The notes under the pieces are model-generated. The model had not been told where the DNA came from. It made no database searches and was given only the letters and a program-made list of their open reading frames with translations. A stretch of DNA of 64,000 nt from a virus, in IMG/VR virus record IMGVR_UViG_3300036820_000015, positions 1 to 64,000 of that record; one strand, 5' to 3'. Below are positions 1 through 8,449 of this stretch, in pieces. Both the position numbers and the translations under genes were made by a program. Numbering within the stretch: the stretch's first letter is position 1; every line of letters begins with the position of its first letter.

Positions 1-29
1 GCACTCGATGGCGACGAGGCCGAGGTCTG

Positions 30-66
30 AGCATGCACCCGAACACCCGAGCGAGTGGGGGACCTG
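30..66 (-). promoter_or_regulatory. Phage-specific promoter motif, pointing out of the window
   Basis: Minus strand reads CCAGGTCCCCCACT...CATGCT; the -10-like hexamer starts 28 nt after GTCC. Confidence 0.6.
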
Positions 67-150
67 GGTGCTGGAATCGAAACGCTCCCTATACGCACGC
101 AGGGGGGAGGGGGGGGGTACGGGGGGTGCTGATGACTTACAGACTCATCG

Positions 151-238
151 ACTTACAGTCCTGTCAAACAGAAGGACTTACGTATTGTCATTCCTAGTGA
201 CTAGACCCCAAGTCCTTCTGTTTGACAGGACTGTAAGT
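151..238. repeat. Perfect 29-bp inverted repeat with 30-bp spacer; candidate origin or terminus site
   Basis: 151-179 ACTTACAGTCCTGTCAAACAGAAGGACTT is the exact reverse complement of 210-238; GACTTAC also at 134, 150 and 175. Confidence 0.9.
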
Positions 239-269
239 ACATGTTTTGTGCCTGGGGTACTGTCTAGTC

Positions 270-875
270 ATGGAGCCTATCGAGTCACGGACATGTCCGA
301 CATGCAAACAGTCCCGGATCTGGAATGCTGCCGAGAAGGGTGGTGCCTGGTATCAGCGGAGGATGATCCGCGACGGGGCCGAGGTTTTCGTCCCGAGTAG
401 TGAGTGCCGGATCTGCTCGAACAAGAGGACGACCCGGGGGAGGCGTGATCGGACGAAGCGTCGGAAGGATGCCGCCCTCAACCCGACGGCGGCGGCTATT
501 GCCGAAGGGGGCTATCTCGGGCCTTGCGATGTGTGTGGCCGCCGGACACCCCGAAATCTCATTCTGGTGCCCCGGCCCGCCCTGGCCTGCGTAGCGTGCT
601 CGAACGTTCTGAAGGGGACTGCAGCGGACTCTCGGACCATCACCGAGGGCTGGCGGTTCTTCGTCCAGCACATAGCCCAAGAGCGAGCGCTCGACCAGGA
701 GTGGAACTCGACCCGGCGGCGCCATCCTCATCAGGGCAATCATCATCTTGAAGACATCCCCCCCGACCACAACGACTGCATCCTTTTCGAGGAGACCTAC
801 CGGTCGGTGCTCACTTTCGTGCTCCGCCCAGAGAGGCCGGTGAAGTCACTGGCACGACTCATTACCCTCGCCTAG
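270..875 (+). CDS. Zn-binding protein, degenerate endonuclease VII-like
   Basis: Four CxxC pairs (CPTC, CRIC, CDVC, CVAC) with EndoVII-like spacing; the catalytic DH motif is absent. Confidence 0.5.
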   Translation: MEPIESRTCPTCKQSRIWNAAEKGGAWYQRRMIRDGAEVFVPSSECRICSNKRTTRGRRDRTKRRKDAALNPTAAAIAEGGYLGPCDVCGRRTPRNLILVPRPALACVACSNVLKGTAADSRTITEGWRFFVQHIAQERALDQEWNSTRRRHPHQGNHHLEDIPPDHNDCILFEETYRSVLTFVLRPERPVKSLARLITLA

Positions 876-999
876 TGTGCCTACTGGTGGTTGAGGAATC
901 AGCCACCTAGCACCGCCCTCGGAGTGTGGCTGGCCTAGCGCATGTAGAACGCGGTCAGCAACCCATCCGGGGGCGGTTCTACGCCCGGGCTCAAGCTCA

Positions 1000-1050
1000 T
1001 GGGAGCCGGTCGGCGTCTAGGTGTAGGGACCACGGGCCGACCGGCTCCCA
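1000..1050. terminator. 15-bp perfect hairpin
   Basis: TGGGAGCCGGTCGGC / GCCGACCGGCTCCCA. Confidence 0.5.
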
Positions 1051-1148
1051 CCTTCTCCATCGGCCATTCCCCCGCCACCTTGAACAACACCCACACAACA
1101 GCCCCTGTGCGCTAACCTGTCATCCAGGGACCACGGGGAGAGGGCTAT

Positions 1149-1211
1149 GTGCTCCACCCGTTCATCTTCTTCACCCAGCACCTCATCGTTCTGTTCCCGC
1201 GATTCTGGTGA
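1149..1211 (+). CDS. Possible 20-aa hydrophobic peptide (MLHPFIFFTQHLIVLFPRFW)
   Basis: GGGGAGAGGG RBS before GTG; TAACCT -10-like element at 1113-1118. Confidence 0.3.
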   Translation: MLHPFIFFTQHLIVLFPRFW

Positions 1212-1289
1212 GGGAGTACAGCGATTGGCTCACTGCGCGCGCGGCAGCTGAACGCATGGGGGACGCGCGGATACGCGAACGCGCGAACG

Positions 1290-1571
1290 CGAAACTACCT
1301 CGGGCACTGGAACCCGAGGTAGTTGTCGCCTCAGCGATTCACCCGATTGGTCGCAGCTGAGTAGCCACACTCTGACATCACCGGGCTGACGCCGGGGGAC
1401 TATCCGATTCGCCTCCCCGAAGAGATACCGGGTGACATCGTCGCGGGAGCGAAGACGGCGCCAGGTCGGAATCTCGCAGTACCGGTGAGCCTACGCGAAG
1501 ACTCCCGGGGCTGCAACCCCGGGAGTCTGCTTGCCCTCCGCCCTACTTGTCACGGTGCGAGTGGTGGGCTC
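1290..1571 (-). ncRNA. Candidate structured non-coding RNA, about 280 nt
   Basis: TTGCTG-16-TAGTGT promoter at 1605-1578, several helices, ends in a 12-bp hairpin plus TTT; no credible ORF. Confidence 0.4.
1293..1324 (-). terminator. Intrinsic terminator-like hairpin
   Basis: AACTACCTCGGG-8 nt-CCCGAGGTAGTT. Confidence 0.6.
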
Positions 1572-1625
1572 CTTACCACACTACCCATTAGGCGGTAGTC
1601 AGCAAACACCGCCAACGGTGCTGAT

Positions 1626-2642
1626 TCAGGCAGCTGCCCGAGTTGTCAGCCAACCGGTGGCCCGATCCCTGACCTCAGCCACGGGGCCGCCGAACACCGT
1701 GCTCAGCATCCTCCGCTCGGCCTTCGGCACCCGCGAGTCCTGCCGGGGGGCCTTGCTGTGCTCGGCCCACTCGGTGACCCCATTGAGTGCTCCCCAGCCG
1801 GTGAACCGCAGGCTCTCGGGGATGGTCTCAGACCTCAACCAACTCCCCTTCATCTGTGCCTGGTTCTCCTTGGCCTTCTTCGCCGTGCGCTCAGGCTTCT
1901 TCTCGCTCGGGAAGAGGAACTCCCCAAGCTCGTCAAACTCCTCGACGGCCAGCTTGCTCTCGGCCAACTTCTGGGCCGTCTCGACGAAGTCAGCCTGGGC
2001 CTGGGTGGCCAGTCCGATCAATCGGTGGGCCTCCTTGGCCTTGGCCACCAGGTCGCCCGTGTGCCGGATCTTCCAACCGGCTTTGGCCCGTGCCTTGCCC
2101 AGCTTGAAGGTGTTGGCACACACCGTCCGCACGTTCACGATGTCACCTTCGAGCCCACTCGACCCGTCCTTGGCATCGCTCAACAGGAACCAGCTGAACC
2201 AGTCGCTGTCGTCCAACTCGGCCAGGCCACGCCCGGCCTCACTGACGACGTCCAAGCGCAAGGTAGCGAAGACCAGCCGGTCGTTGCGCAGGCTGGCCAC
2301 CGTGTCCCACTTGGCGCCCCAGTCATCGACCAGCACGCTGCCCAACTCGATCAGGTCATCGTTCTGGAAGGGGACGTACTTGTTGCCGACGGTGGCGATC
2401 TCCTTCACCGCTCGCCCGTTGACGATCTTCACCACCTTCTGGCTGTCGTGACCGTGGACGAAAATGCCCTCGTCGTTACGCCAGAAGTCAGGCCTCAACT
2501 CGACCTGCCAGTCGAGGGCCTTCTTCGCTTCCTCATCGGTCAGCCAGCCATCGTGGGCCTCTCCCAATCCATGCCAGGGGGTGCCCGTCTTGGCTAGCCG
2601 CTCGTTCTTCACGTAGTGGATGGTCTCCACTTCATGAGCCAT
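1626..2642 (-). CDS. DUF932 family phage protein
   Basis: MAHEVET...TPWHGLG start, YVPFQN, VRTVCANT, IRHTG and TGWGALNGVTEWAEH motifs. Confidence 0.85.
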   Translation of the reverse strand: MAHEVETIHYVKNERLAKTGTPWHGLGEAHDGWLTDEEAKKALDWQVELRPDFWRNDEGIFVHGHDSQKVVKIVNGRAVKEIATVGNKYVPFQNDDLIELGSVLVDDWGAKWDTVASLRNDRLVFATLRLDVVSEAGRGLAELDDSDWFSWFLLSDAKDGSSGLEGDIVNVRTVCANTFKLGKARAKAGWKIRHTGDLVAKAKEAHRLIGLATQAQADFVETAQKLAESKLAVEEFDELGEFLFPSEKKPERTAKKAKENQAQMKGSWLRSETIPESLRFTGWGALNGVTEWAEHSKAPRQDSRVPKAERRMLSTVFGGPVAEVRDRATGWLTTRAAA

Positions 2643-2692
2643 TTTGGATCTCTCTCTCTGTCCAGTCCTGGGCTGTCCAGGAACTCCAGCAG

Positions 2693-2721
2693 ATTCTACA
2701 GTACCCCACAGTAGTGTGCAA
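2693..2721 (-). promoter_or_regulatory. SigA-type promoter for the DUF932 gene
   Basis: TTGCAC-17-TAGAAT. Confidence 0.7.
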
Positions 2722-2745
2722 ACTACCGCCTGACCTGGGGCTACC

Positions 2746-2774
2746 TTGACGGCAATCCCCCGAGGCCCCATAAT
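2746..2774 (+). promoter_or_regulatory. SigA-type promoter for whiB, divergent from DUF932
   Basis: TTGACG-17-CATAAT. Confidence 0.6.
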
Positions 2775-2816
2775 CTCCTCGATGTAACTCAGCGCTATAC
2801 CGCAGGAGGTACCAGG

Positions 2817-3218
2817 ATGGGGGGACTCAACCGATGGGTGGAGCAGGCCAGTTGTCTCCAGCTGCGTCGCTCCGGCCAGCTATCGCGAGCCGACACCGAG
2901 CGCCTGTTCTTCCCGGTGCGCGAGAACTCGAAGTTCGATCTGCAGGAGGCCCAGGACATCTGTGCTGAGTGCCCGGTGCTGCGGCAGTGTGGCGAGTTAG
3001 CTCTCTCGCGTAATGAGGAGGAGCACGTCTATGCCGGAATGGCCGGGGCCACGCGCCGCGTGCTACGGCGCCGGGTCCGCAAGGGGGAGGTGACCGTCGA
3101 TGGTGGCTTCTGGGCTAGCCATAGGGCACTGCTCCGGGTGGCGGCCGCTCATCGTCGGGCTCAACGCGCGGCAGCTGCAGAGGCTGCCCGCGCCATGGAA
3201 TCGGCGGTGGCCGTTTAG
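2817..3218 (+). CDS. whiB: WhiB family Fe-S transcriptional regulator
   Basis: W..QASC...LFFP...AQDICAECPVLRQC with four Cys; HVYAG replaces the usual GVWGG turn. Confidence 0.85.
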   Translation: MGGLNRWVEQASCLQLRRSGQLSRADTERLFFPVRENSKFDLQEAQDICAECPVLRQCGELALSRNEEEHVYAGMAGATRRVLRRRVRKGEVTVDGGFWASHRALLRVAAAHRRAQRAAAAEAARAMESAVAV

Positions 3219-3420
3219 ATCGCTTCACCTTCATCGGTGGACGGCACTTCTTACCGGTGGGACTGACCATCACCTCGTACTTGCAGACCTGGCAGATCCA
3301 CTCAATGGGATCGCGCGATAACTGATCCGAGTTGAGTATGGCCCCCCCTCCGCAGCGCGGACATTGTGGTGTATACGCCGCGCGCGCGGAGAGGATGGCC
3401 GGAGTTTTAGGGAGCCGCAT
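3115..3420 (-). CDS. Zn-ribbon protein
   Basis: CPRC...CQVC; overlaps the whiB 3' end. Confidence 0.45.
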   Translation of the reverse strand: MRLPKTPAILSARAAYTPQCPRCGGGAILNSDQLSRDPIEWICQVCKYEVMVSPTGKKCRPPMKVKRSKRPPPIPWRGQPLQLPRVEPDDERPPPGAVPYG

Positions 3421-3432
3421 AACGCGCGGAGG

Positions 3433-3786
3433 TCACGGCTTCCAGTTTCCCTCATCCATCCACTCCGCCACCCGCTCACCATCGAACACCAAGATCCCAT
3501 CGTCCGTACTTCTCATCCCCGGGAACTTCTTCTGATAAGCCGCATCCAACTCCACGGCCTCGGTCAGCAAATGATCGTCCCACTCGGCTTCGGTCATGTA
3601 CCCGTTGTCGATCAGCACACGCGTGAGCGCACTGACCTCCACGCGCAGCAGCATGCTGAGTTCGCGGTGGTCTCTCAGCGCATCACTCTCGGGCTCCCCC
3701 TTTGGCCGTGTACCCAGCTGCCAACCGGCGAATACCGTGCGCCACTTGGCCAGCTTGTTCAGCGCCTCCAGCGTCTTAGCCCTCAT
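3433..3786 (-). CDS. Hypothetical phage protein
   Basis: ATGA-coupled ORF in the minus-strand operon. Confidence 0.7.
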   Translation of the reverse strand: MRAKTLEALNKLAKWRTVFAGWQLGTRPKGEPESDALRDHRELSMLLRVEVSALTRVLIDNGYMTEAEWDDHLLTEAVELDAAYQKKFPGMRSTDDGILVFDGERVAEWMDEGNWKP

Positions 3787-4175
3787 GATCCGGTCGCTGA
3801 ATCGAACATGTCCTGGAACCGCTTCGCATCGTCGGGACTTATCTGCTCAACTTGAGCAATCAGGTCAGGAATCAAGGTTGCCGACTTCTTACTGGCGGCC
3901 TTTTCGATCTTGAGAATGACTTCAGTGGCTGATTGCCCAGTCCCCTCACTCAAGAGAGCGACAGCTGTGCCGAGGAAGATGAGCAACGGCTGCACGGCGT
4001 CACTGTCGTATAGGGATGAGATAAGCGTATGGCCTTCTTGCCAGTCTCCCTCAGCCATGGTCTGAACGGCCGCACACACTACGGTCCGGACAAAGATCGC
4101 CCATTCCTCATAACTCAACAGCCCATCGCGATAGCGTTGGACTGTCTGTAGAATCCTTTCACCCTCCTCATTCAT
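3783..4175 (-). CDS. Hypothetical protein
   Basis: ATGA-coupled on both sides. Confidence 0.6.
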   Translation of the reverse strand: MNEEGERILQTVQRYRDGLLSYEEWAIFVRTVVCAAVQTMAEGDWQEGHTLISSLYDSDAVQPLLIFLGTAVALLSEGTGQSATEVILKIEKAASKKSATLIPDLIAQVEQISPDDAKRFQDMFDSATGS

Positions 4176-4339
4176 TTCGCTGCACACTCCTCGCATAGAG
4201 CCTCAACCATCATTGGTCGCGGACTGGTGAACAACCACTCTTGGCACACTGAGCAGAACACGTCATAGGCAGTAGGCGGCACTGTCTCCGATGCCTGCAT
4301 CTTGGGGAGATCGCGGAAGATAATCATGCCATCAGGCAT
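4172..4339 (-). CDS. Small Zn-finger protein
   Basis: CSVC...CEEC; start overlaps the upstream stop. Confidence 0.5.
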   Translation of the reverse strand: MPDGMIIFRDLPKMQASETVPPTAYDVFCSVCQEWLFTSPRPMMVEALCEECAAK

Positions 4340-4640
4340 TGTTCTTCGCCCTGGTCTCATCCAATAGAGCCGACTTCTCTTCCGCCACTTTGTTGAAATC
4401 AATCCCGAAATACTGAGCCAGCACGCGTTCAATGTTCTTCCGTACCGGCCACAACTGATCGCTGTGGTATCAGTCGCTCCCCGGCTCACACTTAGGAATG
4501 ACCTCACCTTCAACCGAAGCATCCCAGTCGATATGGACCCACTCAGCGAGGACGTGGCCAGCAGTATCAAGAAACTCACCGATGGCTTGGCTCTGTTCGT
4601 GGGCAGCATGCATCTTGTCGCACTCGGGGGTCTTAAGCAT
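4332..4640 (-). pseudogene. 102-codon phage gene with in-frame TGA at codon 57 (absent from the ORF track)
   Basis: MLKTPECDKMHAAHEQSQAIGEFLD...KCEPGSD*YHSDQLWPVRKNIERVLAQYFGIDFNKVAEEKSALL; both halves are protein-like and overlap neighbouring genes. Confidence 0.65.
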
Positions 4641-5088
4641 CGGCCTTCACTCCGGCCTTCACTCCGGCCTTCACTCCTCGCGCCGCCAACAGCTTCATCC
4701 AGGCCTCCTGCAGATCGTCAAAGGTGATGTACGCCGTCGACTTGCCCTGTCTCCAAACTAAACCATCGGAGAAGCCAAGGTGCTCACTTACTCTGACAGC
4801 CCTGGCCGTGTTGTATTTGTCCGGGCGCAGACCACCAATCAGTTGAGTGATCCAGCTATTGGCTTCACCGAACAGGTTATTGACAGCATAGGTATAGCCA
4901 TACTCCTCCATTGGACGCGCCGCCTCAGCGAACACCTGCCCGCAAATGCAGTATTCGCCATCAGAGAGTCGCAAAGTCTCGGGATCGATTCTCTTCTCCC
5001 AACCCTCGAAGTTCTCGTCCAGCCATTTAGCGCCCAACCGCACGCGCCTATTGGCTTCTTTCTGCGTGTCTGTCAGCTTGGTAGTCAT
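4633..5088 (-). CDS. Hypothetical actinophage-type protein
   Basis: RVRLGAKWLD..GW..RID..L..CICGQVF; GGAG RBS before ATG 5088. Confidence 0.7.
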   Translation of the reverse strand: MTTKLTDTQKEANRRVRLGAKWLDENFEGWEKRIDPETLRLSDGEYCICGQVFAEAARPMEEYGYTYAVNNLFGEANSWITQLIGGLRPDKYNTARAVRVSEHLGFSDGLVWRQGKSTAYITFDDLQEAWMKLLAARGVKAGVKAGVKADA

Positions 5089-5391
5089 AGGTACTCCACC
5101 CCATCCCACGTGTTCTCGGCCACCGTGTACCCGGCCCCGGTGCTCCTCGTGCAGCAGCACCAACGGCCGACGGTTCACCGTACCGATCCTGACCCCAGCC
5201 CCGTGCAACCGCGCGCGGAACTCCCCATCCAGCCCCTTCAACTCCTTCCTCAGATCCCGTTCCTCGGCGCCGATCACCGACAGCCGCGCCTTGATGGCCC
5301 GGGCCCGCAGTACCTTCTCGGCGGCCCCCCGGCCCAAGCCGACGGTCCCCCTGTGCCCGGTCTCTCTCTCCAACGAACTCACCGTGACCAT
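5085..5391 (-). CDS. Hypothetical protein with apparent 1-nt insertion at 5135-5138
   Basis: Removing one base gives ...EEHRAGYTVAENTWDGVEYL* with ATGA overlap into the next gene. Confidence 0.55.
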
Positions 5392-5700
5392 CTCTCTCCC
5401 ATCTCTCTCCTGATCGTGTGTTTGCTAACAGCCACTCTATCCGATGGCTGTAACGCCCGCTACGGTTGCCACCCATGCTGATCCGGTTCCTCGAACGCCG
5501 TACCGCCCGCCGCCGACGCCGTCGCTGCATCCGGCTCAACCTCCACATGGCCACCCAGATAACTACTCCCAGTGGCCAAACATGCGCTTGGTGTAGTTGC
5601 CCATAACTTGACGCCCAGCCCACCTACCACTTGGTAGACGCCCTGGTCCTTACCTATAACCACTCCCGGTAACCACCCAGTAGGCTCACTACCGCAATCC

Positions 5701-5736
5701 CTGGTCCGCCCTCCTACCCTCCCTCGATGCCACCAT
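5701..5736 (+). promoter_or_regulatory. Phage promoter motif before terS
   Basis: GTCC at 5704, CACCAT at +27, ATG at +41. Confidence 0.6.
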
Positions 5737-5744
5737 GGCCCTCT

Positions 5745-6404
5745 ATGACCGGCCCTGGCCGCCCTGGAGGCGCTACCCGCTCCCCTGCCGTCCAGGCCCA
5801 GCACCAGCGGGTCTGGCTGCTCTGGTCGGTCATGGGGAAGCGCTCATATGTCGACCTGGCCGCCGCCACCGGCTACTCCTATGACCATGTGCGAGAGATC
5901 ATCCGCGAACAGATCCTGTTGCAGGCTGAAGAAGAGGATGTCGTGGAGTACCGGCGCCAGCTGTGGGCCGACCTGGAAGAGGTCAAGCTCACGCTCGCTC
6001 CGGCGTTGTTCCCCCGCTCTCTACCTGACGGCACGCCATTGCCCGAAGGTATCGGTGTCATCCCGGCCGACAAGGATGCTGCGGCCACCTTCCTGAAGTT
6101 CTGCCATGAGCAGGCTCTGCTCGTCGGTGCCCACGCTCCGAAGCAGACCACCACCACCCACAAGGTGGAAGAGAACGCTCAGGCCGATCAGTTCGCCAAC
6201 GATCTCACCGAGTGGATGGACCTGGCCGACAAGCTCGGCATGTCCGGCTACGGCAGTGGACGCGAGGAACTCTCCCACGAGGATGCTGAGTCGGTGCTCG
6301 ATGCTGACATCGTGCCCACGCCGCGACCGCCGCTACTCGAACAGGTGGAGGAAGCGGCAAGCAAGACCAACGGCCACACACCTTCGGCACCGATCAATCT
6401 ATGA
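5745..6404 (+). CDS. terS: Terminase small subunit
   Basis: N-terminal HTH (SYVDLAAATGYSYDHVREII); ATGA-coupled to terL. Confidence 0.65.
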   Translation: MTGPGRPGGATRSPAVQAQHQRVWLLWSVMGKRSYVDLAAATGYSYDHVREIIREQILLQAEEEDVVEYRRQLWADLEEVKLTLAPALFPRSLPDGTPLPEGIGVIPADKDAAATFLKFCHEQALLVGAHAPKQTTTTHKVEENAQADQFANDLTEWMDLADKLGMSGYGSGREELSHEDAESVLDADIVPTPRPPLLEQVEEAASKTNGHTPSAPINL

Positions 6405-8062
6405 CCGCCACAATGGATGGCGTGGACCTACAGTCCATCCGCGATCGTGCTGTCATTGCTGAAGATCGCCCCTCGGCCAAGCTCACCACCGACGAACAAG
6501 AGCGCTTCGCTGAGCTGACACAACGCCTGCTCACTATTCCGTACTGCCCATGGACGCCTAACGCCGGGCCGCAGACTCTCTTCCTGCTCGATCAATCGCG
6601 CGAGTCCCTCTACGGTGGCGCCGCTGGTGGCGGCAAGTCCATCGGTCTGCTCATGGCCGCCTCCATGAACCTGTACGTGCCCGGGTACTCAGCCCTACTC
6701 CTGCGTAAGACTTTCGCTGACCTCGGTCGCCCGCTGGCCTTGATGGACCTGGCCGAGCAGTGGTGGGGTGGAGTACCGGGCGTTAAGTACGACGCGCAGA
6801 AGCACACCTACACATTCGACTGTCCTGGTGGTGGCCACTCGCGTATTGAGTTCGGAGGTCTCGACAGTGTCAACGACAAGCTCAAGTACCAGGGCGGTGG
6901 CTACAACTTCGTCGGCTTCGATGAGCTTACCCAGTTCCGCGAGTCCGATTACACTTACCTGTTCTCCCGAATGCGTCGTCAGTCCTATGCTGCTATCGCT
7001 CGTATCCCGATACGCATGCGCGCTGCTACTAACCCCGGCGGCCCCGGACACGAATGGGTCTATCGACGCTTCATTGCCAACTGGCTGGCGTGGCAAAAAG
7101 GCCTTGCTCAGCCTCCGAAACGTCGCTTCCACCCGGCTCTCCTAACCGATAACCCCGGTCTCGACTGGGAGGACTACGTCGGCAGCATGATGGAGCTAGA
7201 TCCCATCACGCGCGCGCAGCTGCTGCGTGGTGATTGGAACATTCGACCCGATGGCCGCATGTTCTCACGCAAATGGTTTACGCCTATTACGCGCGATGCT
7301 GTTCCCGGTAACTGTGTATGGGTGCGCTTTTGGGACATGGCGGCCGCCGAACCCACGCCCGGTCATGACCCCGACTACTTCGTCGGTGCTCTCCTCGGTC
7401 GTTCACCCGACGGCCGAACGTTCATCTCGGATATCCGTCGTTGGAGAGAAGAACCGGGCATGAGTGACCTGCGCTGCAAAGCAACAGTCCTGCATGACAC
7501 GGGTCGCGTGACCCAGGTGATGGAGAAGGACCCAGGCGCCGCTGGCAAAATAGCGATACGCCATTTCCGCAACGGCCCGTTTGCTACTGCCACTTTCCAT
7601 TCTGTAGATAGCACTGGGAAGTCGCGTGGCCGCACGACGACAATCCAAGCAGGGAAGAACACGCCTACCTCCAAGATCATCGCTGCAGGGCCATTGGCCT
7701 CGCACGCAAATGCGGGCGAAGTATTCGTGGTAATCGACGGTAGCTGGGACCATGAGGCCTTCCTCTCTGAGATCGAGATTTTCCCCGACGGCGAACACGA
7801 CGACCAGGCTGACGCCGTATCGGGAGCGTACAACTACCTGGCTGGTCATGACCTGGCTGTACCATCATCCATGGCTGACGGTGAGGAGCAGTTGGAGCAA
7901 CAGAACTACTGGGCGCCGAGTCCGATGTCCTGGGGCTTCGACACGGCTGGTGGATACGAGGGTGAGAGGATCAGTCGCGCTGTGGCCAATGTCACGCAGG
8001 AGGCAGCGCGCGCGGCAACGGGACGCGTGATGGCGGAAACGATGGCGGCCTTCGATGTCTGA
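6401..8062 (+). CDS. terL: Terminase large subunit
   Basis: Walker A YGGAAGGGKS, Walker B VGFDELTQF, ATNPGGPGH, nuclease motifs WDMAA and HDDQADA. Confidence 0.95.
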   Translation: MTATMDGVDLQSIRDRAVIAEDRPSAKLTTDEQERFAELTQRLLTIPYCPWTPNAGPQTLFLLDQSRESLYGGAAGGGKSIGLLMAASMNLYVPGYSALLLRKTFADLGRPLALMDLAEQWWGGVPGVKYDAQKHTYTFDCPGGGHSRIEFGGLDSVNDKLKYQGGGYNFVGFDELTQFRESDYTYLFSRMRRQSYAAIARIPIRMRAATNPGGPGHEWVYRRFIANWLAWQKGLAQPPKRRFHPALLTDNPGLDWEDYVGSMMELDPITRAQLLRGDWNIRPDGRMFSRKWFTPITRDAVPGNCVWVRFWDMAAAEPTPGHDPDYFVGALLGRSPDGRTFISDIRRWREEPGMSDLRCKATVLHDTGRVTQVMEKDPGAAGKIAIRHFRNGPFATATFHSVDSTGKSRGRTTTIQAGKNTPTSKIIAAGPLASHANAGEVFVVIDGSWDHEAFLSEIEIFPDGEHDDQADAVSGAYNYLAGHDLAVPSSMADGEEQLEQQNYWAPSPMSWGFDTAGGYEGERISRAVANVTQEAARAATGRVMAETMAAFDV

Positions 8063-8441
8063 CTCCACTCAGCGCGCGCGTACTGATCGTGAACGTGCCA
8101 CCGATCGATACTGGGCCCTCAAAGCCAAGGCCGACAGCACCAACTACCAAGCTGAACGCGAGCTACTCATCGCCAAAGCCGAGGAACTCCGCCATCGCTT
8201 CCAACTCACCAATGCCGACTTCATCCGCCGTGGGCTCATCCGCGAACGCGGACCGGCTCATGCTCAGCCACCCCCTCAACAGCAAGTCATCGTGGTCATC
8301 AACGGTAAGGGTTATCCGGTCCCCCTTGGCATGGACCCGCAGGTCTACGCTCAACAACTGCTGGCTCAGATGATGCAGCCGCGCGTCTACACCTCGACCG
8401 GTAATGCATCCTGGGCCCAGTGGACCTTCACCGTCCAATAA
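8055..8441 (+). CDS. DUF2786-like protein
   Basis: ALKAKADSTNYQAERELLIAKAEELRHRFQL helical hairpin. Confidence 0.55.
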   Translation: MSDSTQRARTDRERATDRYWALKAKADSTNYQAERELLIAKAEELRHRFQLTNADFIRRGLIRERGPAHAQPPPQQQVIVVINGKGYPVPLGMDPQVYAQQLLAQMMQPRVYTSTGNASWAQWTFTVQ

Positions 8442-8449
8442 GGAGGACA

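Noticed and set aside
4470-4472. Genome-wide TGA reassignment
   Set aside because: TGA ends many clear genes (terL, protease, capsid, major tail) and forms ATGA overlaps.
4641-4676. 12-bp tandem repeat, three copies
   Set aside because: Simple in-frame slippage encoding GVKA repeats at a protein C-terminus.
4633-5391. 252-aa fused ORF from the track
   Set aside because: Better explained as two genes joined by a 1-nt insertion; there is an internal RBS and ATG at 5088.
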